From assembly GCA_965277805.1 (NCBI GenBank), contig OZ255842.1:2016001-2080000 (forward strand): a stretch of DNA of 64,000 bases. The letters run 5' to 3'. Below, piece by piece: positions 1 to 9,856 of the stretch. The position numbers were made by a program, and so were the translations under genes. The first letter of the stretch is position 1. Each line of letters starts with the position of its first letter. This DNA comes from Candidatus Lustribacter sp. GTDB lineage: Bacteria > Vulcanimicrobiota > Vulcanimicrobiia > Vulcanimicrobiales > Vulcanimicrobiaceae. Under the pieces are notes generated by a model that did no database searches, was not told the DNA's origin, and saw only the letters and a list, made by a program, of their open reading frames with translations.

Positions 1-971
1 GGGCCGACGATCGCCACGCTCTCGCCGCGCGCGAACTTCGCGTTAACGTTTGCGAACAGCGGCTCCGTATAGGCCTTCGCCACATTGACCAGCTCGATCG
101 CGATCCCGGTCGTCGCCTTGCGCGCCGCGGTCAGCGCCACGGAGATCGAACGCCGCTCCTTGCGCGGCGCATCGAGGACGTCCACCCGATCCAGCGCCTT
201 CTCGCGCGAGCGCACGTGCGAGTAGTTGTGCGACCCGTGCGTGCGCAGTTCCGCGATCACCGCCCGCTGCCGCTCGCGCTCCGACATCGCCGCATCGTAG
301 GCGCGCTGCTGCTGCGCGCGGCGTTCGGCGCGCTGCGCAACGAACTCGGTATACGCCTTCCCCGGCGTCACCGCATACTCGACGAGCTCGCCCGCGTCCA
401 GCTCCCAGATCTTCGAACAGACGGTCTCGAGGAAGTACCGGTCGTGCGACACGATCACGTACGTGCGCGTATCGCGCGCGACGAACGTTTCGAGCCAGCG
501 CACGGTGTCGAGATCCAGATGGTTCGTCGGCTCGTCGAGAATCAGCCAGTCGGGTTCTTCGAGCAGCGTGCGCGCCAGCAGCGCGCGCGTGCGCTGTCCG
601 CCGGAGAACTCGCTCAGCGGCCGCTCGAGATCGCTCTCCGCGAAGTTGAAGCGATTGAGCGTCGCACGCATCTCCCACTCGTGCGCCGAGCCGCGCGTCA
701 GCGCTTCGTCGAACGCCGCGCGCAGCGTCTGCGGGCCGCTCTCGGCCGCGTCTTGCGCGAGGTAGCCGAAGCGCGTTTCGCGCGCGCGTGCAATGGTGCC
801 GTCGTCGGGGCGGTCGATCCCCGCAAGCAAGCGCACCAGCGTCGATTTGCCGGCGCCGTTCGGGCCGACCAAACCGATCTTCTCGTTGTCGCGGATGACG
901 CCGGAAAGATTGCGGAAGACCTCCTTCGCGCCGAAATGCCGCTCGAGGCCGGTAAAGCGAAGTAGTTCCAT
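1..971 (-). CDS. ABC-F family ATP-binding protein (3' end beyond window start)
   Basis: Manual translation from ATG 971: MELLRFTGLERHFGAKEVF...GLVGPNGAGKSTL (Walker A), FSGGQRTR signature, LILDEPTNHLD Walker B, VSHDRYFL, and the start of a second NBD (VAIVGP) at the window edge; no TM segments. Confidence 0.93.
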   Translation of the reverse strand, partial: MELLRFTGLERHFGAKEVFRNLSGVIRDNEKIGLVGPNGAGKSTLVRLLAGIDRPDDGTIARARETRFGYLAQDAAESGPQTLRAAFDEALTRGSAHEWEMRATLNRFNFAESDLERPLSEFSGGQRTRALLARTLLEEPDWLILDEPTNHLDLDTVRWLETFVARDTRTYVIVSHDRYFLETVCSKIWELDAGELVEYAVTPGKAYTEFVAQRAERRAQQQRAYDAAMSERERQRAVIAELRTHGSHNYSHVRSREKALDRVDVLDAPRKERRSISVALTAARKATTGIAIELVNVAKAYTEPLFANVNAKFARGESVAIVG

Positions 972-1037
972 CGGTAGGTATACGTAACGTTCACGTGCGA
1001 GCAGTATTTTGCCTTCGCACGGGCGCATTGAGCCGCC

Positions 1038-2525
1038 ATGGTGACGGCCCGGATGAACCCGCGAACGATCGTATTCAGCGCCATGCTGCTCGCGATCTTC
1101 ATCGTGGCCGTGGAAGCGACAATCGTCGCAACCGCGCTCCCGACGATCGTCGGCGACCTCGGCGGCTTGCGTTACTTCAGTTGGGTGTTCGGCGCGTACT
1201 TGCTCACGCAAGCGGTAACGATCCCGATCTACGGCCGGCTCGCCGATTTCTTCGGCCGCAAGACGCTGCTGATCATCGCGATCCTGATCTTCCTCACCGG
1301 CTCGATCCTTTGTGGGTTCGCCCACAACATGCTCGAGTTGATTCTCTTCCGCGCGCTGCAAGGGATCGGCGCCGGCGGCGTGCAGCCGGTGTCGACCACC
1401 ATCGTCGGCGATCTCTATATCGGCCGCGACCGCGCCCGTGCCCAAGGCTATATGTCGACGACGTGGGCCTTCGCGGCGATCATCGGGCCGCTGCTCGGTG
1501 CGTTCATCATCCAGCACTACGGCTGGCCCGTGATCTTCTGGCTGAACGTGCCGGTCGGCCTTGCGTGCATCGCCGTGGCGGTCAACGCGTATCACGAAAC
1601 GATCCAGCGCGTCGCGCACCAGATCGACTACCTCGGCTCGGCCTTGCTCGCAATCGGCGTCGGCGGCTTGATGTACGTGCTGGTCGACGCCGGCAACATG
1701 CCGCTCGCAGCCGCCCTTCCGCTCGCCGGCGTCGCCCTCGTTGCGTTGGCGCTGCTCATCCGTCACGAACTGCGCACGGCCGAACCGATGATGCCCTTCT
1801 CGCTCTATCGCATTCGCGTGATCGCGATCGCCAACATCGGCAATGTGTTCATCGGCGCGATGGTCATGGGCATCTCGACGTTCTTGCCGACCTTCATCGA
1901 AGGCGCGATGAGCCGCTCTGCCGTCGACGCGGGCATCGCGATCGGCGCGCTCTTCGTCGGCTGGACGCCGGGGTCGATCTTCGGCGCGCGCTTTCAGCTG
2001 CGGTTCAGCTTTCGCTGGGTCGCGCTCGCCGGCAGCGTGCCGCTGCTGATCGGCGCCGCCATTCTCGCCACGCTCAACGTGAGTTCGGATTTCACGCTGA
2101 TCTGCGCCGCGCTCGGGATCTTGGGTTTCGGCTTCGGCCTCTTCAACAGCGTGTTCGTCGTCGCGACGCAAGGCGCCGTCGACTGGAGCATGCGCGGCTC
2201 CGCAACGTCATCGCTCATCTTCATGCGCCAAATCGGGCAAGCCGTGGGCACCGCAAGCTTTGGAGCGGTGTTCAACCTCGGCCTGTATTCGCGCGTGCCC
2301 GAGGCAGGCGGCGTCGTCGCGACCCTGATCGATCCCGCGCACCGGGCCGCAATCCCGGCCGCCGAACTCGCACGCCTCACCGGCGCCATCGCCGATTCGC
2401 TGCACTACGTTTACTTGATCATCTTCGGTCTCGCGGCCGTTATGGCCGGCCTCGCGATCGTGTTGCCGTCGGGGCTGCGCGCCGCGCATGCGCCCGCGCC
2501 GGTGCAAGGCAGCCAATCGACTTAA
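1038..2525 (+). CDS. MFS drug:H+ antiporter, DHA2 (EmrB/QacA) type
   Basis: About 14 hydrophobic segments; TIVATALPTIVGDLG; motif A GRLADFFGRK; FRALQGIGAGG. Confidence 0.93.
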   Translation: MVTARMNPRTIVFSAMLLAIFIVAVEATIVATALPTIVGDLGGLRYFSWVFGAYLLTQAVTIPIYGRLADFFGRKTLLIIAILIFLTGSILCGFAHNMLELILFRALQGIGAGGVQPVSTTIVGDLYIGRDRARAQGYMSTTWAFAAIIGPLLGAFIIQHYGWPVIFWLNVPVGLACIAVAVNAYHETIQRVAHQIDYLGSALLAIGVGGLMYVLVDAGNMPLAAALPLAGVALVALALLIRHELRTAEPMMPFSLYRIRVIAIANIGNVFIGAMVMGISTFLPTFIEGAMSRSAVDAGIAIGALFVGWTPGSIFGARFQLRFSFRWVALAGSVPLLIGAAILATLNVSSDFTLICAALGILGFGFGLFNSVFVVATQGAVDWSMRGSATSSLIFMRQIGQAVGTASFGAVFNLGLYSRVPEAGGVVATLIDPAHRAAIPAAELARLTGAIADSLHYVYLIIFGLAAVMAGLAIVLPSGLRAAHAPAPVQGSQST

Positions 2526-2540
2526 GCGAAAGCCCCTCGC

Positions 2541-3485
2541 ATGAAGCGTCATCATGCGTTGCGTTTGGCCGGCGCGGCCGGCCTCGCGCCCCTGCTGCCG
2601 GCAGCGGCGGCATCCGCGGCCGACGCGATCCGCGTCATCGGTTTGCCGATCGACACCGGCCTCGAAGTGCAGTACGCACAAGCCGCAGGCCTCGTCGACC
2701 AAAGCGGCCTCAGCCTGCAAGTGCAAACGCTCTATGCGGGCGCTGCCGTGCAAGCCGCGGTGGCCGGCGGGTCGGCCGACATCGGGCTTACCAACGTCAG
2801 CTCGCTCGCAACGGCGCGTGAAAAGGGCCTGCCGCTCGTGATGATCGCGCCGGCCGCGCTCTACACGGCGAAAGAACCGTCATCGGTGATGATGGTCGCG
2901 ACCGACTCGCCGTTTCGTACCGCACGCGACCTCAACGGCAAGACGATCGCCGTCAACGGCCTCAAGAGCATCTCGCAACTCGGACCGGAAATCTGGATCG
3001 ACAAGAACGGCGGCGATTCCACCACCGTTAAATTCATCGACATGCCGTTTGCCGAAATGCCGCAAGCGCTCGCCGTGCACCGCATCGACGCCGCGCTGCT
3101 CGCCGAACCGCAAGCGACCACCGCGAAGAAAGAAGCTCGCGTCTTCGCTCCCGTCTACGACGCGATCGGCACCCGCTTCCTCATCACGGCGTGGTTCTCA
3201 ACCGCCGCGTGGGTGTCGGCGAACCCCGATCTTGCGCGCAAATTCGCGGCGCTGATCTATCGCGCAGCCGCCTGGTCGAACACGCACCGTGCGCAAACGG
3301 CGGACGTGCTGATCGGCGTCACCAAACTCGATCCTGCGATCGTGGCCGCGATGCCGCGCGTCGTATTCGACGAAGCCGCCGATCCGGCCGCGATGAAGCC
3401 GCATCTCGATGCCGCCTTGAAATACGGCCTCATCACCAGGCCCGTCACGCCGCTCGACCTTTTCGCCCCCGAACTTCGGAAGTAG
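2541..3485 (+). CDS. ABC substrate-binding protein, SsuA/NMT1-THI5 family
   Basis: Signal-like N-terminus; DLNGKTIAVNG and IDAALLAEP motifs. Confidence 0.88.
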   Translation: MKRHHALRLAGAAGLAPLLPAAAASAADAIRVIGLPIDTGLEVQYAQAAGLVDQSGLSLQVQTLYAGAAVQAAVAGGSADIGLTNVSSLATAREKGLPLVMIAPAALYTAKEPSSVMMVATDSPFRTARDLNGKTIAVNGLKSISQLGPEIWIDKNGGDSTTVKFIDMPFAEMPQALAVHRIDAALLAEPQATTAKKEARVFAPVYDAIGTRFLITAWFSTAAWVSANPDLARKFAALIYRAAAWSNTHRAQTADVLIGVTKLDPAIVAAMPRVVFDEAADPAAMKPHLDAALKYGLITRPVTPLDLFAPELRK

Positions 3486-3495
3486 GACAGCCATC

Positions 3496-4446
3496 ATGCC
3501 CATCAACCGTTCCGCCGCCCTCGCACTTCTCGCCGGCGGCGTACTCGCCGCGACGCGTCCCGCCGCAGCTCAGGCCGATCTGCCGCTCGTGCGCGTCGGC
3601 GCCGATCCGATCGACTCGTTCGGCGAGGCGTACTTCGGCGCCGAACGCGGCATCTTCCGCGATAACGGCGTGAACGCGCAGATCAGCACGTTCCCGAACG
3701 GGTCGACGATCGTCCAGGGCGTCATCGGCGGCGACCTCGATGTAGGCCTCGCCAACATCGTGCAAATTGCCTCCGGCATCGCGCACGGCATTCCGTTCCA
3801 GATGATCGCCCCGGCCGCGCTCTACTCCGCCAAACACGCGTACTCGCACTTGTGCGTGGCGAAGAACTCGCCGCTGCAAACGGCCAAGGACCTCGACGGC
3901 GCGACGATCGCGGTTTCGACGCTCAACGATTTCAATCAGCTCGGCGTCGTCGCGTGGCTCGAACACAACAACATCCCCGCCTCGCGCGTGAAGTTCGTCG
4001 AACTGAAGTTCCCCGAGATGGGCGCCGCACTGCAGCGCGGCACGATCGCGGCCGCGACGATCGCCGAACCCTCGCTGAGCGCCGCGCTTCACGACGGCCA
4101 AGCGCGCCTCTTCGCCGACGTCTACGCCGTGATCGCCCCCGAATTCGCCAACATCGTCTGGTTCAGCACCAAGCCGTGGCTGCAAGCGAACGCCGCGACC
4201 GCGAAGAAATTCATCGCCGGCATCTACGCCACGGCGCGCTGGGCGAACACGCATCAAGCCGACTCGGCCGGCATCATCGCCAAAGTCGCGAAACTGGAAC
4301 CGTCGGCCGTCGCGCTGATGACGCGCGCCTGGTTCGCCACGTCGAGCGATCCGAAGTACGTGGCCGCACCGCTCGATTTCTCGTTCAAGTACGGCCTTTT
4401 GCCGCGCGCCGTCAGCACCGCCGAATTCATCGCGCCCGGGACGTAA
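3496..4446 (+). CDS. ABC substrate-binding protein, SsuA/NMT1-THI5 family
   Basis: Paralog of 2541-3485; KDLDGATIAV and AATIAEP; AGGA RBS. Confidence 0.88.
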   Translation: MPINRSAALALLAGGVLAATRPAAAQADLPLVRVGADPIDSFGEAYFGAERGIFRDNGVNAQISTFPNGSTIVQGVIGGDLDVGLANIVQIASGIAHGIPFQMIAPAALYSAKHAYSHLCVAKNSPLQTAKDLDGATIAVSTLNDFNQLGVVAWLEHNNIPASRVKFVELKFPEMGAALQRGTIAAATIAEPSLSAALHDGQARLFADVYAVIAPEFANIVWFSTKPWLQANAATAKKFIAGIYATARWANTHQADSAGIIAKVAKLEPSAVALMTRAWFATSSDPKYVAAPLDFSFKYGLLPRAVSTAEFIAPGT

Positions 4447-4491
4447 CAAAAGTCCGAAAGGCGCCCTGGAGGGCTACTGAAAGAGCGGGGA

Positions 4492-5502
4492 ATGAATCGA
4501 TCGATTTCCCGCACCGCCGTTCTCCGCGCCGCCGGCGCCGCCGTTGCCGCCGCATCCATTCCAAACGTAGCGTCGGCGCAAGCTACGCCGCGATCCGTTG
4601 CCGTGGGCTTGACCTCCAAGACCGCCAGCGACTGGTCGGTCTACGTCGCGAACCAAATGGGCTTCTTTGAGAAGAACGCCGTCAAGCCCGATCTCATCAT
4701 CACCGGTTCCTCAGCGGCGAACGCGCAGCAACTGACGGCCGGTTCGGTCGACATCGGCGAAGTCTCGACGACGCAAATCATCGAAGCGATCCTCGGTGGC
4801 GCCCCGATCGTCAGCTTCCTCAACCGGAGCAACAACGCGCCCTATCTCATCCTCGGAAAGAAGGGCCTTTCGTCGGTCGCGCAACTGCGCGGAAAAACGA
4901 TTATCGTCGGCGGCCCGAACGACATCACGCTCGTGTTCATGAACACCGTGCTCGCGGCGTACAAGATGACGCCCGACGACGTCACGTATACGTTTGCCGG
5001 CGGAACCGGGGAGCGCTTCGCCGCGCTGCTTTCGGGCACGGTGGATGCGGCGATCTTGTTGCCGCCGTTCTCGTTCCGCGCTTCGAGTGCGGGCTATCCC
5101 GTCCTCGACCGCGTGCAAAAGTATTTCCCGGTCTTTCCGTTTGACACGTTCTCCGTGCGCACCGATTTCGCGAAGAAGAATCCCGACGTCGTCACCGCGT
5201 ACGCAAAGTCGATATTGCAAGGCGTCGCCTGGCTGTACAACCCGGCGAATAGATCCAAAGCGATCTCCATCTTGGCCGATGAAACCAACGTGTCGGCCGA
5301 CGATTCCGCGAAGACGTACGACTTCTTCATCACGCAAGCGCAGTATTACAACCGGAGCGGCGTGATGTCGAACAGCGATCTCGCTCCGGTGATCAGCGCG
5401 TTGCTGAAGACCAACCAGCTCAAACCGCCGGCGCCGGATCCGGCGCGTTTCTACGATAATTCCTTTGTCGTCAAAGCAAATGCGGAATTGAAGCGCCGAT
5501 AG
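4492..5502 (+). CDS. ABC substrate-binding protein, NitT/TauT family
   Basis: Signal peptide; YVANQMGFFEKN, QLRGKTIIVGG, RFAALLSGTVDAA. Confidence 0.88.
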   Translation: MNRSISRTAVLRAAGAAVAAASIPNVASAQATPRSVAVGLTSKTASDWSVYVANQMGFFEKNAVKPDLIITGSSAANAQQLTAGSVDIGEVSTTQIIEAILGGAPIVSFLNRSNNAPYLILGKKGLSSVAQLRGKTIIVGGPNDITLVFMNTVLAAYKMTPDDVTYTFAGGTGERFAALLSGTVDAAILLPPFSFRASSAGYPVLDRVQKYFPVFPFDTFSVRTDFAKKNPDVVTAYAKSILQGVAWLYNPANRSKAISILADETNVSADDSAKTYDFFITQAQYYNRSGVMSNSDLAPVISALLKTNQLKPPAPDPARFYDNSFVVKANAELKRR

Positions 5503-5595
5503 TCCGCTTGGCCAATATCCCGCGCTTTCGCTTTGCCTTTCGCCGAACGCAATACCCAGGCGTGGACGAAGCGCGATCGTGAATACCAAACGACG

Positions 5596-6318
5596 ATGAG
5601 AGTATGGGATAACTACTTAGCTGCCGAAGACGCCGCGACGCTCAAAGAGCGGCCGCATCAGGTGTGGGGTTTCGGACAGCGCCCGGCCTTGGTCTTGATC
5701 GATCTCTATCGTTGGGTTTTCGGCGATAGCCGCCCGGCGTCGGTGCTCGCCGCGATGCCGGACTGGCCCGGAACGTGCGGGCCCCAAGCCTGGGACGCGA
5801 TTCCGCACCTGCAGCGCGTGCTCGGCGCCGCGCGCGCAGCCGAAATCCCGATCGTCCACGTCACCGGCCTCCACCCGCTCGATTCCGGCGTGGCCGCCTG
5901 GTCGACGCGCGGCAAGAAAGAGACGGCGAGTCCCGATCCGGTGATGGCCGACCGGGTGCGCCGCCGTTTCGACATCATCGACGAGGTCGCGCCGCTGGAG
6001 GGCGAGGCGGTGCTGCGCAAGGCCGCACCGAGCGGCTTCTTCGGAACGCTGCTCATGTCGCACTTGCACGCGCACGACGTCGACGGCATCATCCTCGTCG
6101 GCGAGAGCACGAGCGGCTGCGTGCGCGCAACCTGCGTCGAAGGCCGGAGCTATCGTTTCAAAATGACCGTCGTTGAAGAATGCGTGTTCGACCGCCACAA
6201 GACGGCGCACGCGATGAACCTCTTCGACATGCATCAAAAATACGCCGACGTTCTCGGGGTCGACGAGGTCGTCGCGCATCTCGAGAAGATCACGGGTAAA
6301 ACCCCGGCGCATGCCTAG
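5596..6318 (+). CDS. Isochorismatase-family cysteine hydrolase (maleamate/N-carbamoylsarcosine amidase-like)
   Basis: RPALVLID, VLRKAAPSGFFGT, GESTSGCVRAT (Asp-Lys-Cys triad); start set by similarity to the 15304 paralog. Confidence 0.9.
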   Translation: MRVWDNYLAAEDAATLKERPHQVWGFGQRPALVLIDLYRWVFGDSRPASVLAAMPDWPGTCGPQAWDAIPHLQRVLGAARAAEIPIVHVTGLHPLDSGVAAWSTRGKKETASPDPVMADRVRRRFDIIDEVAPLEGEAVLRKAAPSGFFGTLLMSHLHAHDVDGIILVGESTSGCVRATCVEGRSYRFKMTVVEECVFDRHKTAHAMNLFDMHQKYADVLGVDEVVAHLEKITGKTPAHA

Positions 6319-7153
6319 CGCGGTTGCGGCCCGCGCGCCTTCCGCGACCCTGCCCGCCGGCGGGACGTCGCGCAGTGAGCAGCGCCGCGCCGCGGCCCGC
6401 CGCCGGTCCGTTCAACGCGTCGCGATCACCATCGCATCGGTGATCGGCGGCCTCGCGATATGGGAGTACGTCGGGCTCTTCGTCGTCAAGAACACGCTCT
6501 TCTTGGCCACGCCGAGTTCCTCGCTGCTCGCGCTGGTCGACATGTGGCACCAGGGCGTGCTGCAAAAAGCAATTGTGATCAGCGGCGAGGAGTTCTTCAT
6601 CGGCTTCGCGATCGCCGTCGTGGCCGGCACGGTGATCGGCTTGCTCACCGCATCGTTCGAAGATCTCTCGCTCATCCTCACGCCGTGGATCTCGGGATTC
6701 TACGCATCGCCGATCGTCGCGCTCGCACCGCTGTTGATCCTGTGGTTCGGCGTGGGGATCTGGTCGAAGATCGCGGTCGTGATAAGCCTCGTCATCTTTC
6801 CGATGATCATTAACACCGAGACCGGCATCAAGCATGCCGATCCGCAGCTGGTCGAGGCCGCGCGGTCGTTCGGCGCGAGCAAAGCCCAGATTTTTGCGAA
6901 AGTATCGTTGCCGAGCGCGTCGCCGTACATCATCGCGGGCCTGCGCCTGGGCGTCGGGCGCGGCTTGATCGGCGTCGTGATCGGTGAACTCGCGGGTTCG
7001 CGCGGCGGGCTCGGCTACCTCATCAACAACGCAAGCCAGGTCTTCAACATGCCGCAACTCTTTGCCAGCGTCATCGTGCTCGCCACCGCCGGCATTTTGC
7101 TGACCGCCGGCTTCCAGTATCTCGAACGCAAGCTCGTGCCGTGGAACGCGTGA
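6311..7153 (+). CDS. ABC permease, NitT/TauT family
   Basis: Hydrophobic; EAARSFGAS (EAA loop); GLRLGVGRGLIGVVIGEL. Confidence 0.92.
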   Translation: MPSAVAARAPSATLPAGGTSRSEQRRAAARRRSVQRVAITIASVIGGLAIWEYVGLFVVKNTLFLATPSSSLLALVDMWHQGVLQKAIVISGEEFFIGFAIAVVAGTVIGLLTASFEDLSLILTPWISGFYASPIVALAPLLILWFGVGIWSKIAVVISLVIFPMIINTETGIKHADPQLVEAARSFGASKAQIFAKVSLPSASPYIIAGLRLGVGRGLIGVVIGELAGSRGGLGYLINNASQVFNMPQLFASVIVLATAGILLTAGFQYLERKLVPWNA

Positions 7154-7950
7154 TCGAACCGAACCCGGCGGCGAAGCTCTCGGTTCGCGGGCTGACCAAA
7201 TACTACGACGATTTGGAAGTGCTCTCCGACATCGGCGTCGACGTCGGGGACGGCGAGTTCGTCAGCATCGTCGGTCCGAGCGGATGCGGCAAGACGACGT
7301 TCTTGCGCATCGTCGACGGCCTCGAGCCGTTCGATACCGGCGCCGTGTCGATCGACGGCCGCCGCGTCACGAGGCCGGGCCCCGACCGCGCGTTCGTCTT
7401 CCAGGCCGACTCGCTGCAACCGTGGCGCACGGTCTGGAGCAACGCCGCCATCGGACTCGAGATTCAAGGCCGGCTCACCGCCACCGAGCGCGAACGGCTG
7501 GCAGGCCTGCTGGAATTGGTCGGCCTCAAGGGTTTCGAGAAGTTTTATCCGCGCCAGCTTTCGGGCGGCATGCGGCAACGCGTCAACTTGGCGCGTGCGC
7601 TGGCTGTGCATCCGGAAGTTCTGCTGATGGACGAACCGTTCGCCGCGCTCGATGCGCAGACGCGCGAGATCATGCAAACGGAATTACTGCGCATCTGGTC
7701 CGCCGCCAAATCGACCGTACTGTTCATTACGCATCAAATCGACGAGGCCGTCTACCTCTCCGACCGCGTGCTGGTATTCGGGCGGCGCCCGGGCCGCATT
7801 CAGGAAGATATCACGATCGACTTGCCGCGGCCGCGCGAACCGTCGGTCAAGCGCACGCCGCAGTTCAGCGAATACGTCGGTCACATTTGGGGCCTGATCG
7901 AATCGGCGGTGCGCGAGAGCGTCATGGAAGAAACACTCATCCACCTCTAG
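7150..7950 (+). CDS. ABC ATP-binding protein, NitT/TauT family
   Basis: GPSGCGKT, LSGGMRQR, LLMDEPF; GTG overlaps the permease TGA. Confidence 0.94.
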   Translation: MIEPNPAAKLSVRGLTKYYDDLEVLSDIGVDVGDGEFVSIVGPSGCGKTTFLRIVDGLEPFDTGAVSIDGRRVTRPGPDRAFVFQADSLQPWRTVWSNAAIGLEIQGRLTATERERLAGLLELVGLKGFEKFYPRQLSGGMRQRVNLARALAVHPEVLLMDEPFAALDAQTREIMQTELLRIWSAAKSTVLFITHQIDEAVYLSDRVLVFGRRPGRIQEDITIDLPRPREPSVKRTPQFSEYVGHIWGLIESAVRESVMEETLIHL

Positions 7951-7959
7951 GAGCGTTGT

Positions 7960-8766
7960 TTGTCACATACCATTACGGAGTCGCGCCCGGTCGGCGCACG
8001 CGGCACCCCCGTGCAGATGTGCCGCCCCGACGGACCGGGGCCGTTCCCGTGCGTCATGCTGCTGCACGAGCGCTACGGCCTCGTCCAGCATACGGAAGAC
8101 CTCGCGCGCAAAATGAGCGCGGACGGTTTCGTCGTGTGCGCACCGGATTTGTTTTTCGCCTATCCCGACCAAACCGCGCTGCATGCGGGCTCGGTGGGCA
8201 TGAAGCCGAGCGATCCCGAGGTCCTCGCGCTCCTCGAAGACGCGTTTGCGCTCTTCGCGGACGTTCCCGGCGCCGACGCCTCACGCTTCGGCTTGATGGG
8301 CGTGTGTCAAACGGGGCGCTATCCGTTCGTGTGGGCCAACGCGCATCCGCTAACGGCGGCCGTCTCACTGTACGGCGCGGCGCAAGTCTCTGATTGGGAA
8401 GTAAACGCGCGCTTCCCGGTGGGCATGGGCGAACTCATCGCCGCGAGCAAGACCAACGTGCTCGGCATCTTCGGCGAAAAAGACCACGTCATTTCCTTCG
8501 ACGACATCATCCGCTTTCGCAACGCGCTCGAAGCCGCCGGCCTCAGCTACCAGATAACGGTCATACCCGACGTGCCGCACGGCTGGCTCAACGACACGAT
8601 GCCGGGACGCTACCGGCCGGTCGCCGCACAGCAAACGTGGGACGAGGTAATCGCCTTCCTCACCGGCGCGCTTATCACGGGCCGCGATCCATCGGTCATC
8701 GATTGGAAATTCACGGCCACCAAACACACCGACTACGACTTCACGAAAAACGTGCGAATGGAGTAG
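7960..8766 (+). CDS. Dienelactone hydrolase family protein
   Basis: LLHERYGL, GFVVCAPDLF, GVCQTG nucleophile, FGEKD, PHGW; TTG start after AGGAG. Confidence 0.85.
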   Translation: MSHTITESRPVGARGTPVQMCRPDGPGPFPCVMLLHERYGLVQHTEDLARKMSADGFVVCAPDLFFAYPDQTALHAGSVGMKPSDPEVLALLEDAFALFADVPGADASRFGLMGVCQTGRYPFVWANAHPLTAAVSLYGAAQVSDWEVNARFPVGMGELIAASKTNVLGIFGEKDHVISFDDIIRFRNALEAAGLSYQITVIPDVPHGWLNDTMPGRYRPVAAQQTWDEVIAFLTGALITGRDPSVIDWKFTATKHTDYDFTKNVRME

Positions 8767-8840
8767 GCGACGCCGCTTGCCCGAGGGACCACCGACCACG
8801 TTTCGCGCGCCTCTCGCGGCGGGAAAATGGATGCGGTCCA

Positions 8841-9335
8841 ATGGGAGAGCGTCAAGTGAATCAAAGCACAGCAGGTACGCGCACCGACCCGTCCACGGAG
8901 TCGTCGCTCATTTCGAGCGATCGCATCGAAGGAAGCAAAGTGTTCGACCGTGCCGGGAAAGACATCGGCACGATCAAGAGCGTCAAGATCGACAAAGTCA
9001 GCGGACGCGTGGCGTATGCCGTCGCGGAATTCGGCGGTTTCCTCGGTATGGGAGGTCACGAATACACGATTCCGTGGCGCATGCTGAACTACGACACGAG
9101 CAAACGCGGCTTCGTCACCGATCTAACGAAGGAACAACTCGAAGGCGCTCCGGCCGCCAGCCGGCGCGATACCTACCGCGCAAGTGCCGGCGGTGTCGGC
9201 ACCGGCCGGCGCCCCGAGAACGACCCGGCCACGAGCACAATGCCGGATTCCGATCTCGACGACGACAACTGGGATCGCGGCCGCGAGCGCGAGCTCTACG
9301 ACTACTACGTCGTCGACTACTACTGGGTCGAGTAA
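8841..9335 (+). CDS. PRC-barrel domain protein
   Basis: LISSDRIEGSKVFD...IDKVSGRVAYAVAEFGGFLGMG...IPW; the ORF-track 5' extension overlaps the upstream gene. Confidence 0.88.
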   Translation: MGERQVNQSTAGTRTDPSTESSLISSDRIEGSKVFDRAGKDIGTIKSVKIDKVSGRVAYAVAEFGGFLGMGGHEYTIPWRMLNYDTSKRGFVTDLTKEQLEGAPAASRRDTYRASAGGVGTGRRPENDPATSTMPDSDLDDDNWDRGRERELYDYYVVDYYWVE

Positions 9336-9350
9336 ACCCCGGCGGTCGAG

Positions 9351-9386
9351 GAGCCGTGATCAAAAGTCACGGCTCTTTCTTTTTTT
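9351..9386 (+). terminator. Rho-independent terminator of the PRC-barrel gene
   Basis: GAGCCGTGA-7 nt loop-TCACGGCTC followed by TTTCTTTTTTT. Confidence 0.75.
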
Positions 9387-9744
9387 GCGACCGCGCCTGC
9401 GGACCGAATTCGGCCCGCAGCACCTCTTTTGCGTTCTCCAAAACCTTGCGCCGCTCGGGGCTGAGGTTTTTGCCGGCGCGGTTGATGTAAAAGGTCAGCA
9501 TCGACATCGCCGAGCGATAAGGCGTCGACTTCCGGCGCGTGGACCGCGCCGCGTCGTGCTCCACTGCCTCGGCGATTTTCTTCGCCGACCGCTGCTTGAA
9601 GACGTTGGGCTCGAGGTCCATCGCGTCGCTCGTCTCGGTGACGTGCTGCGACCACCGCGCCGGCGTTTTCTTCGCTGACGTTTTCTTCACCGATGTTTTC
9701 TTGGCCGGCGATGACTTCTTCGACGGCGACTTCTTTGCAGCCAT
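9367..9744 (-). CDS. DUF3175-type small basic protein
   Basis: Lys-rich N-terminus then RWSQHVTETSDAMDLE...RSAMSMLTFYINRAGKNL. Confidence 0.85.
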   Translation of the reverse strand: MAAKKSPSKKSSPAKKTSVKKTSAKKTPARWSQHVTETSDAMDLEPNVFKQRSAKKIAEAVEHDAARSTRRKSTPYRSAMSMLTFYINRAGKNLSPERRKVLENAKEVLRAEFGPQARSQKKKEP

Positions 9745-9856
9745 AGTAACCATTTTCGTACCCGCGCACGCCCGCCGGCAGTCCCGCTTGGAAGGGCCCC
9801 GGGCATCCGGCCCCCCGGCCAGGGAGTCGGCCGGGCCGCGCGGGAAGGGACTGATT

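Noticed and set aside
216-2821. Long ORFs 216-965 and 995-2821, and many similar antisense or alternate-frame ORFs (e.g. 10367-11605, 41638-42726, 45914-47098)
   Set aside because: Shadow ORFs typical of high-GC DNA; they overlap well-supported genes and have no motifs
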